Assembly (NCBI GenBank): GCA_965208575.1 | Contig: CBDBOV010000002.1 | Span: 1 to 64,000, forward strand | Source: Spirochaetia bacterium | GTDB lineage: Bacteria; Spirochaetota; Spirochaetia; SZUA-6; Bin103 | Reading direction: 5' to 3' | DNA: 64,000 bases | In this document: one piece after another, positions 22,361 to 33,944 of the stretch | Position numbering within the stretch: the stretch's first letter is position 1 | Layout of the letters: the number at the start of each line of letters is the position of its first letter | Program-made: the position numbers and the translations under genes | The notes under the pieces: generated by a model | Database searches by the model: none | Seen by the model: only the letters and a program-made list of their open reading frames with translations | What the model was told of the DNA's origin: nothing

Positions 22361-22819
22361 CTATTTGCCGTTGATCGGGAGGCGGCCGCGGATCAGGAAG
22401 TAGGCGCCGGCGAGGGCGACCACCAGGGCGGCGATGCCGACCAGGGTGAGCGCGGACGCCTTGGTGGGGTCCAGGATCAGGATCTTGCGGCAGATCGCGG
22501 TGAGGGCGATCAGGATCAGGAACTCGACGTGCACGTGGGCGTCGGACAGGAACAGTTGCACCGCCTCGACCAGCTCCACGCCGATCAGGACCAGGAGCAT
22601 GAAGCTGAACAGGCTCAGGAACTGGTCCGCGGTCAGTTCCGCGATCGGGGTTCCCAGCAGCTCCACGCCGAGCAGCCACCCCAGCCGCGCGATCATCACG
22701 CCGAGCAGCGCCAGCACGAGCACCAGCACCAGCACCACGACGATGCGCTGCAGGTTGTCCGCGTAGCGCGGAATCGCGTGCGTCCAGGAGCGTTCTGATC
22801 GATCCGGCTCGGCCATCAT
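22361..22819 (-). CDS. Phosphate-starvation-inducible PsiE-family membrane protein
   Basis: LLVLIGVELVE...IALTAICRKILILD signature. Confidence 0.8.
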   Translation of the reverse strand: MMAEPDRSERSWTHAIPRYADNLQRIVVVLVLVLVLALLGVMIARLGWLLGVELLGTPIAELTADQFLSLFSFMLLVLIGVELVEAVQLFLSDAHVHVEFLILIALTAICRKILILDPTKASALTLVGIAALVVALAGAYFLIRGRLPINGK

Positions 22820-22895
22820 GCCGCCACCCTACCGCGGCCGGGCCGCCGATTCCAGACCGGAACGTTCGGGTACGGCAACGGCTCGGGCCGGGCGG

Positions 22896-23921
22896 TCAGA
22901 GCCCGGACTTGATCAGGGCGCCGGCGATGCGGTCGATGTCCGCGCGCGACTCGATCTTGCCGAGCTTCAGCACGCGGCGCACCAGCGGCAGCCACGGGCC
23001 GAACGCGGAACGCAGACTGCTCACCTCGAAGGCGGTGGTGTCGACCGGTTCGCCGCCGGCGTCGAACGGCAATGCATCGAGGCGCGCGAGCAGCGTGGTC
23101 AGGAAGCGGGCGATGCGGCGCATCTTGCGGTAGTTGAGCCGCTGCGGGGTATCGCTCTCGCGGTGGTAGTGCTCCCAGCGACCGCAGGAGAAGAACAGGT
23201 AGGGCTTGCCGGCCCGGCGGAACGCCCGGTGGTCGCTGACGTCGCCGATGTAGCGGTTGAGTACGGCGATCAGCGGCAGCCGCCACGGCCGCCGGCATGC
23301 GGCAACCGCGGGTGCGAGTTCGGCGTGCGATTCCGCGCCGGTCATGAACAACAGGCCGCTCGTGCGCGGAAACCGCCGTTTCCTGCCGCCGCCTTGCAAC
23401 GACACGTTGTGGCCGGTCAGGTCCTGTATCACGGCGCAGGCGACGCCGCGGCTGTCCATCTGGCGGTCGTGGAAGTGGGTGCTGCCCATGCCCGCGGTGC
23501 CGGCGTAGGGCGCCTCCTCGGTGTCGAACAGGGCCACCACCACGTCGCGCGTCAGTGGGCGGTCGACCAGTTCCAGCGCTACCTCCAGCACGATCGCCAC
23601 CGCCGCGGCGTTGTCGTCGGCACAGGGCGCCTCCAGCAGGCTGTCGTAGTGGGCGCCGAGCAGCAGGGGGGCGGCGTCGCGGTTGGTTCCCCGCGCCACC
23701 GCCACCAGGTTCATGCCCTCGGTCACGCCGTCGCGGCGCAGCTCCCGCGGGATCTCGAACGGCAGCCGGAACTCGTCGCCGCGGTAGGGCGACAGGCCGA
23801 TGGTGAGCAGACGCTCCACCAGGAAGTGCTCTGCGCGCCGGTGGCCCAGGGTCCCCGGCTTGCGGCCCTCGGCATGGGCCAGCTCCGCCACGTCCTCCCG
23901 CAACCGCTGAATCGCCGCCAT
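22896..23921 (-). CDS. M28 family peptidase
   Basis: GAHYDS, ADDNA, FDTEE, SDH, HYHRESD. Confidence 0.88.
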   Translation of the reverse strand: MAAIQRLREDVAELAHAEGRKPGTLGHRRAEHFLVERLLTIGLSPYRGDEFRLPFEIPRELRRDGVTEGMNLVAVARGTNRDAAPLLLGAHYDSLLEAPCADDNAAAVAIVLEVALELVDRPLTRDVVVALFDTEEAPYAGTAGMGSTHFHDRQMDSRGVACAVIQDLTGHNVSLQGGGRKRRFPRTSGLLFMTGAESHAELAPAVAACRRPWRLPLIAVLNRYIGDVSDHRAFRRAGKPYLFFSCGRWEHYHRESDTPQRLNYRKMRRIARFLTTLLARLDALPFDAGGEPVDTTAFEVSSLRSAFGPWLPLVRRVLKLGKIESRADIDRIAGALIKSGL

Positions 23922-23936
23922 CGCCGCCGCCCTCCT

Positions 23937-25373
<1,437 letters not shown>

Positions 25374-25375
25374 GC

Positions 25376-26329
25376 TCAGGCGAGCTCCGGGTACTGGCGC
25401 TGCACGACCTCCACCAGCTCGCGCACGTGGGCGGCGGAGGAGGTCAGCAACTCCTGCTCGCCGGTCTCCAGGCGTACCTCCAGGATGCGCTCCATGCCGC
25501 CGGCGCCGAGCACGCACGGCACGCCCACGAACAGCCCGTCGATGCCGTACTGGCCGTCGCAGTAGCCGGCGCACGGCAGGATGCGCTTCTTGTCGCGCAC
25601 GATCGCTTCCACCATCTGCGTGACCGCGGCCGCCGGCGCGTAGTAGGCGCTGGTGCCGAGCAGTTCCACGATCTCGCCGCCGCCCTGCTTGGCGCGCTCC
25701 ACCAGCTCGTCGAGCCGCGCCGCGCTCATGAATTCGGTCACCGGGATGCCGCCGATGTTGGTGAACCGCGGCAGCGGCACCATGTCGTCGCCGTGGCCGC
25801 CGAGCAGCAGGGTACCTATGTCCTCCACCGAGAATCCGGTCTCCTCGGCGATGAACGCCTTGAAGCGCGCCATGTCCAGGCAGCCCGCCTGGCCGACGAT
25901 GCGGCGGGTGGGGAAGCCGGTCACCTTCCAGGCCGTGTACACCATCGCGTCGAGCGGGTTGCTGACCACGATCACGATGCTGTCCGGGGCGTGCGCGGCG
26001 ATCTGCTCGCTCACGCTGCGCACGATGGCGACGTTGGTCTTGACCAGGTCGTCGCGGCTCATGCCCGGCTTGCGCGGCACGCCGGCGGTGAGCACCACCA
26101 CGTCGGCACCGGCGATGTCGGCGTAGTCGGCGGTGCCGGTGACCGCGCAGTCGAAGCGGCGCACCGGCGCGCACTCGTACAGGTCCAGCGCCTTGCCCCG
26201 CGTGGCGCGCTCCATCTGCGGAATGTCCACCAGCACCACGTCGCCGAGTTGTTGCGATACGATCCACAGTGCGCAGGTGGCGCCGACGTTGCCGGCGCCG
26301 ATCACGGCGATCTTGGCCCTTCCCACCAT
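25376..26329 (-). CDS. mdh: Malate dehydrogenase (LDH-like)
   Basis: [25 protein letters not shown]. Confidence 0.96.
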   Translation of the reverse strand: MVGRAKIAVIGAGNVGATCALWIVSQQLGDVVLVDIPQMERATRGKALDLYECAPVRRFDCAVTGTADYADIAGADVVVLTAGVPRKPGMSRDDLVKTNVAIVRSVSEQIAAHAPDSIVIVVSNPLDAMVYTAWKVTGFPTRRIVGQAGCLDMARFKAFIAEETGFSVEDIGTLLLGGHGDDMVPLPRFTNIGGIPVTEFMSAARLDELVERAKQGGGEIVELLGTSAYYAPAAAVTQMVEAIVRDKKRILPCAGYCDGQYGIDGLFVGVPCVLGAGGMERILEVRLETGEQELLTSSAAHVRELVEVVQRQYPELA

Positions 26330-26498
26330 CTGTCAGGTCTCCTTTACGGGCGGCGAAGGCTGGTCGCCCGGCGCCGCCGGCTGCTTGTCCGAATAGCCCG
26401 CCCGGCCCGACCGCCCGTGGTGAACTCCGCCTGCTGCATCGCATGCGGCGCTCTCGCTGCGCCGCCGGCTCATCTCGGGCTGCCGGAGCATCCCTCGC

Positions 26499-27122
26499 TT
26501 GTCCCCGGAACAGCGAGCCCCTATCTTTCGGGCCACTGTGGCGCCAACCGGACCGGACCTCGCCGATGCACCGGCGTCCCTCAAGGCATGCTTCCGGCGA
26601 ATTATACGAGAACTCGGAGAGGATATCGACCGCGAGGGCCTGGTGCGCACCCCGCACCGCGCCGCCCGCGCGCTCACCGACCTCACCTCCGGCTATCGCG
26701 AGAACCTGCAGGAGATCATCAACGGCGCCATCTTCCAGTCGGAGTCGGACGAGATGATCATGGTGCGCAACATCGAGACGTTCTCGCTGTGCGAGCACCA
26801 CCTGCTGCCGTTCATCGGCCAGTGCCACGTGGCCTACATTCCCGATGGCCGCATCATCGGCCTGTCCAAGATCCCGCGCATCGTCAACCATTTCGCGCGG
26901 CGGCTGCAGATCCAGGAGCGGCTGACCCTGCAGGTGGCGCACGCGGTGCGCGATGCGGTCGGCGCCCAGGGCGTGGGCGTGGTGATGCAGGCCAGCCACC
27001 TGTGCGTGATGATGCGCGGCGTGGAGAAGCAGCACTCGCAGATGAAGACGTCCTGCATGCTCGGCACCTTCCGCAGCCGCGCCGCCACCCGCGCCGAGTT
27101 CCTGCAACTGCTGAACACCTGA
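26499..27122 (+). CDS. folE: GTP cyclohydrolase I
   Basis: [32 protein letters not shown]; start uncertain. Confidence 0.95.
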   Translation: MSPEQRAPIFRATVAPTGPDLADAPASLKACFRRIIRELGEDIDREGLVRTPHRAARALTDLTSGYRENLQEIINGAIFQSESDEMIMVRNIETFSLCEHHLLPFIGQCHVAYIPDGRIIGLSKIPRIVNHFARRLQIQERLTLQVAHAVRDAVGAQGVGVVMQASHLCVMMRGVEKQHSQMKTSCMLGTFRSRAATRAEFLQLLNT

Positions 27123-27136
27123 ATCGGCGCCCGGCG

Positions 27137-27487
27137 ATGGACCGCGTCATCATTCGCGAACTGCGCGTGACCTGCATCGTCGGCATCCTGCCGGCGGAGC
27201 GTACGACCCCGCAGGAGGTGGTGGTGAGCCTGGCGGTGGGCACCGACACCGCGCGCGCCGCCCGCTCGGGTGAGCTGACCGACACCATCGACTACGCGGC
27301 GCTGGCCGGGCAGGTGCGCGAACTGGTCGTGCGCGGCCGCTACCGCCTGTTGGAGACGATGGCCGAGGAGCTGGCCGCGTGCGCGCTGCGCGATCCGCTG
27401 GCGGCCTCGGTGCGGGTGACGATCCGCAAGCCGGCGGCCATCGCCGGTGCGCGCGACGCCGGGGTGGAGATCGTCCGTGAGCGGTAG
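27137..27487 (+). CDS. folB: Dihydroneopterin aldolase
   Basis: GILPAER..PQ, TIDY, LLETMAE, KPAA; operon context. Confidence 0.92.
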   Translation: MDRVIIRELRVTCIVGILPAERTTPQEVVVSLAVGTDTARAARSGELTDTIDYAALAGQVRELVVRGRYRLLETMAEELAACALRDPLAASVRVTIRKPAAIAGARDAGVEIVRER

Positions 27488-27502
27488 GCACGCGGGCTCT
27501 TG

Positions 27503-28345
27503 ATGTCGAACGTGGACCGTGACCCGATGCGTGCGGCGCGGCGGCCCACCATCGTCGGAGTCATCAACCTGTCGCCGGAGTCGAACGTGCCCGGCTCGCA
27601 TGCCGCCGGCCTGCCGGCGGTGCGGGAGCGCGCCGCCGCCCTGTGCGCGGACGGCGCCGACTACGTGGAGCTGGGCGCGCGCTCGATCAGCCATGACCGG
27701 GCGCCGATCGACGACGCCGAGGAGTGGCGCCGCCTCCGGCCGGCATTGGAAGCCCTGGTCGCCGCCGGCTACCGGGTGGCGGTCGACACCTGGAGCGAGC
27801 CCTGCGCCACCGCGGCGCTGGCCGGGGGCGCGTGTTTTGTCAATTTTACCGGTGCCTGGCCGTCGCCGGAACTGTGCGCCGCCGTGGCGGCGAGCGGCGC
27901 TACCCTGTGCGCGCTGTACCTGCCGTACGCCGACCCCTACCGGATGCGCGCCCGCCCGCCGGCGCGCTACCAGGTTGCAGACATCCTGAATCGCTTCCGC
28001 GTGCTGCGCGCCCGCGCCCGCGCTGCCGGGCTCGCCCGCCTGGTGCTCGACCCCAACCTCGGCATCTTCCACCCCACCTTCGATGACGCCGCCAAGATCG
28101 CCTACCAGGTGCAGGCGCTGACCGCGTTGCCCGCCGTGGCACGGCTCGGCTGCCCGACGCTCGCCTACCTGGCGCGCAAGTCGGCGCTGACCAGCCGGCA
28201 ACTGATCGCCGCCCACCTCGCCGCGCTCGAGGTGGACTACATCCGCGCCCACGAACCGGCGATCGCCGTGCGCGCCTGGGGGCTGCACGCGGCGCTGCCG
28301 CGGGCGGCGGCCGCCGCGCCGGTGCCGGCGCCGAACCATGGCTGA
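27503..28345 (+). CDS. folP: Dihydropteroate synthase-like protein (divergent)
   Basis: GVINLSPES, VAVDT, LDPNLG, ARKS, IRAHE; lies between folB and folK. Confidence 0.75.
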   Translation: MSNVDRDPMRAARRPTIVGVINLSPESNVPGSHAAGLPAVRERAAALCADGADYVELGARSISHDRAPIDDAEEWRRLRPALEALVAAGYRVAVDTWSEPCATAALAGGACFVNFTGAWPSPELCAAVAASGATLCALYLPYADPYRMRARPPARYQVADILNRFRVLRARARAAGLARLVLDPNLGIFHPTFDDAAKIAYQVQALTALPAVARLGCPTLAYLARKSALTSRQLIAAHLAALEVDYIRAHEPAIAVRAWGLHAALPRAAAAAPVPAPNHG

Positions 28346-28847
28346 CCTGTACCTTTCGCTGGGCTCCAACCTGGCGCCGCGCCACCACTTGCCGCGCGCC
28401 GTGGCACTGCTGCGCGCGCGCTATCCGCTGCTGCGCGTGTCATCCTGGTTCCTGACCAGGCCGTGGGGGGTGGCCGACCAGCCCTTGTTCCTGAACTGCT
28501 GCGCGCACGCCGTCACCCGCGAGCACCCGTTGCGGGTGCTGGCCTTCACGCAGCGCATCGAGGCGCTGCTCGGCCGCCGCCGGGTGCTGCCGAACGGTCC
28601 GCGCACTGTGGATATCGACCTGCTCCTGCACGATAATCACGTATGCGACGGCGCCCGCCTCACCCTGCCTCACCCGGGACTGCGCGAGCGTGATTTCATG
28701 CTGATCCCCCTGCTGGAGCTGGCCCCCGCGGTGCGCGATCCGCGCGACGGCAGCGCGCTCGCGGCGGCGGCGGGCGCGCTGCGCTACCGGCAGATTGCCC
28801 GCCGGGTGGCGCCGCAACGCGGCGCGCCGCCAGCGGGCAGTGCGTGA
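28338..28847 (+). CDS. folK: 6-hydroxymethyl-7,8-dihydropterin pyrophosphokinase
   Basis: LSLGSNL, FLN, GPRTVDIDLL, LPHP..RDF. Confidence 0.94.
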   Translation: MADLYLSLGSNLAPRHHLPRAVALLRARYPLLRVSSWFLTRPWGVADQPLFLNCCAHAVTREHPLRVLAFTQRIEALLGRRRVLPNGPRTVDIDLLLHDNHVCDGARLTLPHPGLRERDFMLIPLLELAPAVRDPRDGSALAAAAGALRYRQIARRVAPQRGAPPAGSA

Positions 28848-29073
28848 GCCGGCGCGAGAGCGCGGTGCGCGCCCGGCGGCCGCGGGCAGGCACCAGGGGC
28901 ACGCGCCGCGCAGCCGGCCCGGCGCGTGCCGCGACCCCGAATCGCCGCGCCGCGTCGCACCGTGCCGCGTTGGCAGCGCGCGGCCGGCCCGCGGCGCGCT
29001 CCCACCGCGCGGCGCCTTTGCGTTCGGCGGGCGTCACCTTCGCACCGGCGCCGGCCGTGTCGGGCAACGGCTC

Positions 29074-29877
29074 GTGACGAGTCCCGGAGGCGCGGGCGGC
29101 GCCGCGCGGCCCGGTTTGCCCGCCGAACGGTCCGCGCCGCCGGCGCCGGAACTGCGCGGGCGGGTGGCGCTGGTGACCGGTGCGGCGCGGCGCACGGGGC
29201 GCGGGCTGGCACTGGCGCTGGCGGCGCGCGGCGCCGCGGTGGCGGTGCACTACCGCTCGGGGGCCGCCGCGGCCGCGGCGGTGGTGGAGGAGATCGGCGC
29301 CGGCGGCGGCGAGGCGTTCGCGGTGCAGGCGGAGTTGCGCGAACCGGCGGCGGTGGCGGAGATGGTGCGGGCAGTCACGGCGCGGGCCGGGCGGGTGGAC
29401 ATTCTGATCAACAACGTCGGCACGTTCCTGGTACGCGCCATCGGCGAGGTGTCGCCCGCCGAGTGGGAGGAGAGCCTGGCCACCACGGTCACCGCCACCT
29501 TCCTCACCTGCCGCGAGGTGTTGCCCGGCATGGCGGCGCGCGGCTGGGGGCGGATCGTGAACTTCGCCGACGCCGGCGCCGATCACCTGCGCGCGGCGCC
29601 CAACATCACCCCCTACCTGGTGGGCAAGACCGGGGTGCTGATCCTCACCAAGAGCCTGGCCGCGGCGTACGCCGACCGCGGCATCACCGTGAACGCGGTG
29701 TCGCCCGGCATCATCGAGAACTCGGTGACCAAGCCGCCGGGCGGTGAGCGCGCGATTCCGGCCGGCCGCTTCGCCACCGTGGCCGACATCGCCAACGCGG
29801 TGCTGTTTCTGCTCGCCGAGTCGTCGGCCTACATCACCGGCGCCAATCTCAAGGTCGCCGGCGGCTGGCACGCTTAG
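29074..29877 (+). CDS. SDR oxidoreductase, pteridine reductase/FolM-like
   Basis: TGAARRTG, VHYRS, NNVG, YLVGK; follows folK; start uncertain. Confidence 0.8.
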   Translation: MTSPGGAGGAARPGLPAERSAPPAPELRGRVALVTGAARRTGRGLALALAARGAAVAVHYRSGAAAAAAVVEEIGAGGGEAFAVQAELREPAAVAEMVRAVTARAGRVDILINNVGTFLVRAIGEVSPAEWEESLATTVTATFLTCREVLPGMAARGWGRIVNFADAGADHLRAAPNITPYLVGKTGVLILTKSLAAAYADRGITVNAVSPGIIENSVTKPPGGERAIPAGRFATVADIANAVLFLLAESSAYITGANLKVAGGWHA

Positions 29878-29949
29878 GAGAGTGGACGGGATGGGCCGAG
29901 AGCGGCGCCGGCGGTGAGATGCGGCCCGGCGGACGAACCTCCTGACGCG

Positions 29950-30693
29950 ATGGCGGTGCTGTACGTGGTTGCGACGCCGATCGGCAACCTGGGGGACATC
30001 ACGGTGCGCGCCCTCGACACGCTGCGCGCGGTGGACGTGATCGCCTGCGAAGACACCCGCCGCACGCGTACCCTGTTGGGCCACCACGGCGTGGGCACGC
30101 GCACCGTCGCCTACGGGCACGACGAGACGCGCAGCGGGCGCGTGCTCGGGCTGCTGCGCGCCGGACTCGACGTGGCCCTGGTGTCCGACGCCGGCACGCC
30201 GGGTGTTTCCGACCCGGGCGGCGGCGCGGTGCGTGCCGCGCGCGAGGCCGGCTTCGCGGTGGTGCCGATCCCCGGCGCGTCGGCGGTTACCGCGTTGCTG
30301 AGCGTTGCGGGAACGAGTGCCCAGGGGGTCCGCTTTTACGGGTTCTGCTCGCCGAAGGCGGGCCGCCGGCGGGCCCAGCTCGAGCGCCTGCTCGCCGACG
30401 GCGCTCCGTTCGTGCTGTTCGAGGGGCCGCACCGGGTGCTGAAGCTGCTCGGCGACCTGGCGGCGGCGGCTCCCGAGCGGTCGATCGTGCTGGGCCGCGA
30501 ACTAACCAAGCTCCACGAAGAGGTGCTGGTGGGCACCGCCGCGTCCCTGTGCGACGAACTCGCATCGCGCGCCCGGATCGCGGGCGAGCTGACGCTGCTG
30601 GTCACCGGGAACCGGCCGCGCCGCGGCGCCGGACCGCGGTACCGGGACCGCCCGACGGGGAAAGGAGCAGGAGGGGCAGGCAGCGGGCCTTGA
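29950..30693 (+). CDS. rsmI: 16S rRNA C1402 2'-O-methyltransferase
   Basis: [41 protein letters not shown]. Confidence 0.96.
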   Translation: MAVLYVVATPIGNLGDITVRALDTLRAVDVIACEDTRRTRTLLGHHGVGTRTVAYGHDETRSGRVLGLLRAGLDVALVSDAGTPGVSDPGGGAVRAAREAGFAVVPIPGASAVTALLSVAGTSAQGVRFYGFCSPKAGRRRAQLERLLADGAPFVLFEGPHRVLKLLGDLAAAAPERSIVLGRELTKLHEEVLVGTAASLCDELASRARIAGELTLLVTGNRPRRGAGPRYRDRPTGKGAGGAGSGP

Positions 30694-30749
30694 CGCCGGG
30701 TAGCCAACCGTGTCAGGGTGCCGCTACCATAGTCGGAGTAAATGCGCGT

Positions 30750-31037
30750 ATGGCGATCGAAGGCATAGGTCCGGTCGACCCGGTCTCGAACTACCAGCCG
30801 ATAGAACGTACCGCCGCGGCGGGCCAGATCGGGGGCGTGGATTCGGTGGAGATCTCCACCGAAGCACAGGCGGCGAGCGAAGCGCTGCGGGTGGCCACCG
30901 AAATTGCGTTGAACAGTCCGGACCTGCGGGCCGAGTTGGTGTCCGAGGCAGCCCGCAATCTGCAGGACCCGGCCTATCCGGGCGCCGACGTACTCAACAC
31001 CGTCAGCGACCGAATCCTGGATTCCTTCGGTATCTAG
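30750..31037 (+). CDS. flgM: Flagellar anti-sigma factor FlgM, spirochaete type
   Basis: DSVEISTEA...PDLRAELV...DPAY...VSDRILDSFGI pattern; position after rsmI. Confidence 0.7.
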   Translation: MAIEGIGPVDPVSNYQPIERTAAAGQIGGVDSVEISTEAQAASEALRVATEIALNSPDLRAELVSEAARNLQDPAYPGADVLNTVSDRILDSFGI

Positions 31038-31066
31038 GAGGCTGTCGGATTGCGACAGCCTCCTAG
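31034..31066. repeat. CTAG-bounded palindromic element, copy 2
   Basis: CTAGGAGGCTGTCGGATTGCGACAGCCTCCTAG; makes up the whole intergenic space between two convergent genes. Confidence 0.88.
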
Positions 31067-31527
31067 TCGGGAGGACGGGATGGGCCAAGGGCGACGCCGG
31101 CAGGCGGCGGTTCTGGGCCGCTAGCAGCCCGCGGCGCAACAGCGGCCGCATTCGGGTTGCGATGCACCCCGGCGGCGGTCCCGTTGGCCGGCTCGACGCG
31201 GAAACGTACGCTGCTCCAGGACAGGAACGCCAGGTAGCGCCGGCCGCCGTGCTCCCACACCGTGACCCGCCGCCCGACCACGGTGCGCTGCAGGATGGCG
31301 GCAATGGTTTCCAGCAGTTGCGGCGCCGGGTTTCCGTTCGCGGCCAGTATCGAGCGCGGCAGCAGCGCGGCGAGTTCGCGGTCCGGCACCCACACCGCGG
31401 TGCGCCGGCCGCCCGCATCGCGTACCACCGCCTCCACTTGCAGACGCCCGTCCACCAGGCGCGCCGTGACCGCCACCACCGAAGCCATCGACGCCACCGG
31501 CGCCGTCCCGTTCCGTTTGGTTGCCAT
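31063..31527 (-). CDS. Hypothetical protein
   Basis: ORF with globular-looking core (PDRELAALLPRSIL...VVGRRVTVW). Confidence 0.65.
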   Translation of the reverse strand: MATKRNGTAPVASMASVVAVTARLVDGRLQVEAVVRDAGGRRTAVWVPDRELAALLPRSILAANGNPAPQLLETIAAILQRTVVGRRVTVWEHGGRRYLAFLSWSSVRFRVEPANGTAAGVHRNPNAAAVAPRAASGPEPPPAGVALGPSRPPD

Positions 31528-31645
31528 GTAGAAGACAACGGGCGCACGTCCGGGACGCTTTTCGCGGTAGCATGAGGGTGGAGACGAGGGTACGGCAATG
31601 CACGAGCGAGCGGTGAAGGAGCCAACAATGAAAAGGAGACAGCAA

Positions 31646-32599
31646 ATGAAAACGGTACTGGGGACCATGACCTTCGGCCCGCGCATGGACGCGGCGGGCG
31701 CCGCGCGGGCGGTGGCGGAGTTCGTTGCCGCGGGGGCGGGTGCGGGGGAGCTGGACACCGCATTCATGTACGGCGGCGGCGACACCGAGACGATTCTGGG
31801 CGGAGTCCTGGCGGAGCGGGGCTGGGACGGCATCACGCTGGCCACCAAGGCGCATCCGAACGCCGCGCAGGGCGCGCCGTCGCTGCGTGCGGAGGAGGTG
31901 GAGCGCCAGTTGGACGGCTCCCTGCAGCGGTTGCGCAGCGACGCGGTGGACCTGTTCTACCTGCACAGCCCCGACAACGACACCCCGCTGGAGCAGACCC
32001 TGGAGGCGTGCGCGCGCCTGCACGACGCCGGCAAGTTTCGCCGCCTGGGGATGAGCAACTACGCCGCCTGGCAGGTGGCGGACGCCTGGCACATCTGCCG
32101 CAGCCGCGGCTGGCCGCTGCCGGAGGTGTACCAGGGCATGTACAACGCGGTGACCCGCGACGTGGAGCCGGAGCTGCTGCCCTGCCTGCGCCACCTGGGC
32201 ATGAGCTTCTACGCCTACAATCCGCTGGCCGGCGGCCTGCTTACCGGCCGCTACGTGGGCGCCGAGGCGCTGCCCGCGAGCGGACGCTTCCACGACATGG
32301 CCAACTACCGGCCGCGCTACTGGCAGCGCTCCTACCTGGGTGCGATGGCAGCGGTACGGGAGGCGTGCAATGCCGCCGGGACAAGCATGACCACGGCCGC
32401 GCTGGCCTGGATGAATCACCACAGCGGCCTGGACGCGGGCGCCGGCGACGCGGTTATCCTGGGCGCCAGCACCCTGGAGCAGTTGGCGGCCAACCTGGAC
32501 GCGCGCCGCGCGGCGCCGTTGGACGACGCGCTGGTGGCGGCGTTCGATACCGCCTGGGAAACCTGCCGCCCCGACTGCCCCCGCTACCTCCGCACCTGA
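31646..32599 (+). CDS. Aldo-keto reductase (AKR7/aflatoxin aldehyde reductase-like)
   Basis: LGTMTFG, LDTAFMY, ATKA, YLHSPD, YQGMYN, YNPLAGGLLTG; AGGAG RBS. Confidence 0.92.
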   Translation: MKTVLGTMTFGPRMDAAGAARAVAEFVAAGAGAGELDTAFMYGGGDTETILGGVLAERGWDGITLATKAHPNAAQGAPSLRAEEVERQLDGSLQRLRSDAVDLFYLHSPDNDTPLEQTLEACARLHDAGKFRRLGMSNYAAWQVADAWHICRSRGWPLPEVYQGMYNAVTRDVEPELLPCLRHLGMSFYAYNPLAGGLLTGRYVGAEALPASGRFHDMANYRPRYWQRSYLGAMAAVREACNAAGTSMTTAALAWMNHHSGLDAGAGDAVILGASTLEQLAANLDARRAAPLDDALVAAFDTAWETCRPDCPRYLRT

Positions 32600-32611
32600 T
32601 GTGAGGGTTCG

Positions 32612-32842
32612 TACAGCGATTACCTGAGGGCGATGGCTCAGATCGGCTCGGGGCCGCATCGTTCGGGAGACGTTGCAAAGGAGCTGGGCCGGCGCGTCAC
32701 TTCGCTGGCGCCGACGCGTGCGCAACTGATCAACAAAGGGATGATCTGGAGTCCGAGCCACGGTGATACCGCCTTTACGGTGCCATTATTCGACGAGTTC
32801 CTGCGACGCATCATGCCTGGCGACGGATGGCGCCGACGATGA
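32612..32842 (+). pseudogene. C-terminal fragment of an AAA-family ATPase (winged-helix tail)
   Basis: RYLRAMAQIGSGPHRSGDVA...LINKGMIWSPSHGDTAFTVPLFDEFLRR; no room for the ATPase domain. Confidence 0.7.
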
Positions 32843-32933
32843 AGCAAGTCGCCACGGCGGTCGCCGGCTTCGGGGCGGCGTGACCCCGCAGTCAGGGGAG
32901 AGTCCCGACTGGAGTGTGGGGGACCGGGTGTGC

Positions 32934-33662
32934 TCAGGTGCGGCGATCGGGGCCGCCGGGGGTGGTGCCGGCGAGGTCGTGGAGCAGGTCCAGTATGGTG
33001 CGGCAGTCGCCGAGCGCGCGCAGGTGGGGCTTGGCGAGCGCGATGCCCTCGCGGCGCGCCGCCTGCGGCAGCGTCCAGTGGCGCAGGCCGCCTTCCTTCC
33101 GGTCGGCGAGACCGTGGTACTCGCTGTAGGCGATGCGCAGGCAGCGCCAGTCGGCCTCCGGCAGTTCCAGTTCGTAGCCGGCGGCGGTGCGGTGCAGCGC
33201 CCGCTTCTCCAGCGGCGCGTCGTAGGCGAGCACCACCTCGGCGGCGGACAGGGCCGCCGCGATCTCGGTGTGCGCGTCGCGGTAGTGCGGCGCATTCATG
33301 CGCTGCAGCTCGTCGCGGTCGATGCCGTGCGCGGCGGTCGCCTCGCGGGTGATCGTTCCGGTAGGCAGCACCACCAGGTCGAGCCGCACGGTGCCCGAGG
33401 TATCGATCATCGATACCTCGATTACCTCGGCGCTGGGCTGGAAGCTGGTCTTCTTGGTGGCGGCGATCAGCACGTCGTCGCGCCCGAGCAGCATGCGCGC
33501 CTCGCCCTGAACGCGCTGTGCAGCCGGCGGCAGCGGGCCCTGCGCGCGCTTGCGGGCGGCGCTGAGGCGGCGCCGGCGCAGCAACACGCGCCCGACGAGC
33601 AACACGAGCCCGGCGCCGCCGGCGACTACGATGATCAGGAGCAGGCTCACCCCGGAGGCCAT
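32934..33662 (-). CDS. Membrane-anchored DEDDh 3'-5' exonuclease-like protein with degenerate active site
   Basis: N-terminal TM; exonuclease-fold motifs AEVIEVSMID, AHGI, RALGDC; ExoI reads ATKKT. Confidence 0.72.
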   Translation of the reverse strand: MASGVSLLLIIVVAGGAGLVLLVGRVLLRRRRLSAARKRAQGPLPPAAQRVQGEARMLLGRDDVLIAATKKTSFQPSAEVIEVSMIDTSGTVRLDLVVLPTGTITREATAAHGIDRDELQRMNAPHYRDAHTEIAAALSAAEVVLAYDAPLEKRALHRTAAGYELELPEADWRCLRIAYSEYHGLADRKEGGLRHWTLPQAARREGIALAKPHLRALGDCRTILDLLHDLAGTTPGGPDRRT

Positions 33663-33944
33663 CCGCGGCGCCGCCGCCTGTTGACTGGTCTGTACATAGT
33701 CTCCCCGCCCACCATAATGCAGTGCCCCGCGGGGCGCCACCCGCACGTCGCCGCGACGTGCGGCACGCTAGCGCTGCGCCGGCCCGCATCGGGAGCTGCC
33801 GGCCGGTTGTGCGCCGGCGCCATCCGGCGCAACGCCGTGGAATGCGCGGGCTGCACGCTGCGGCGGCGGCCGGCAACGCGGCCGTGCGCCCGCGGCCCCG
33901 CCGGCTGCGCTCGCCGCGCGGCGGTGCCGACCGTTGCCGCGACG

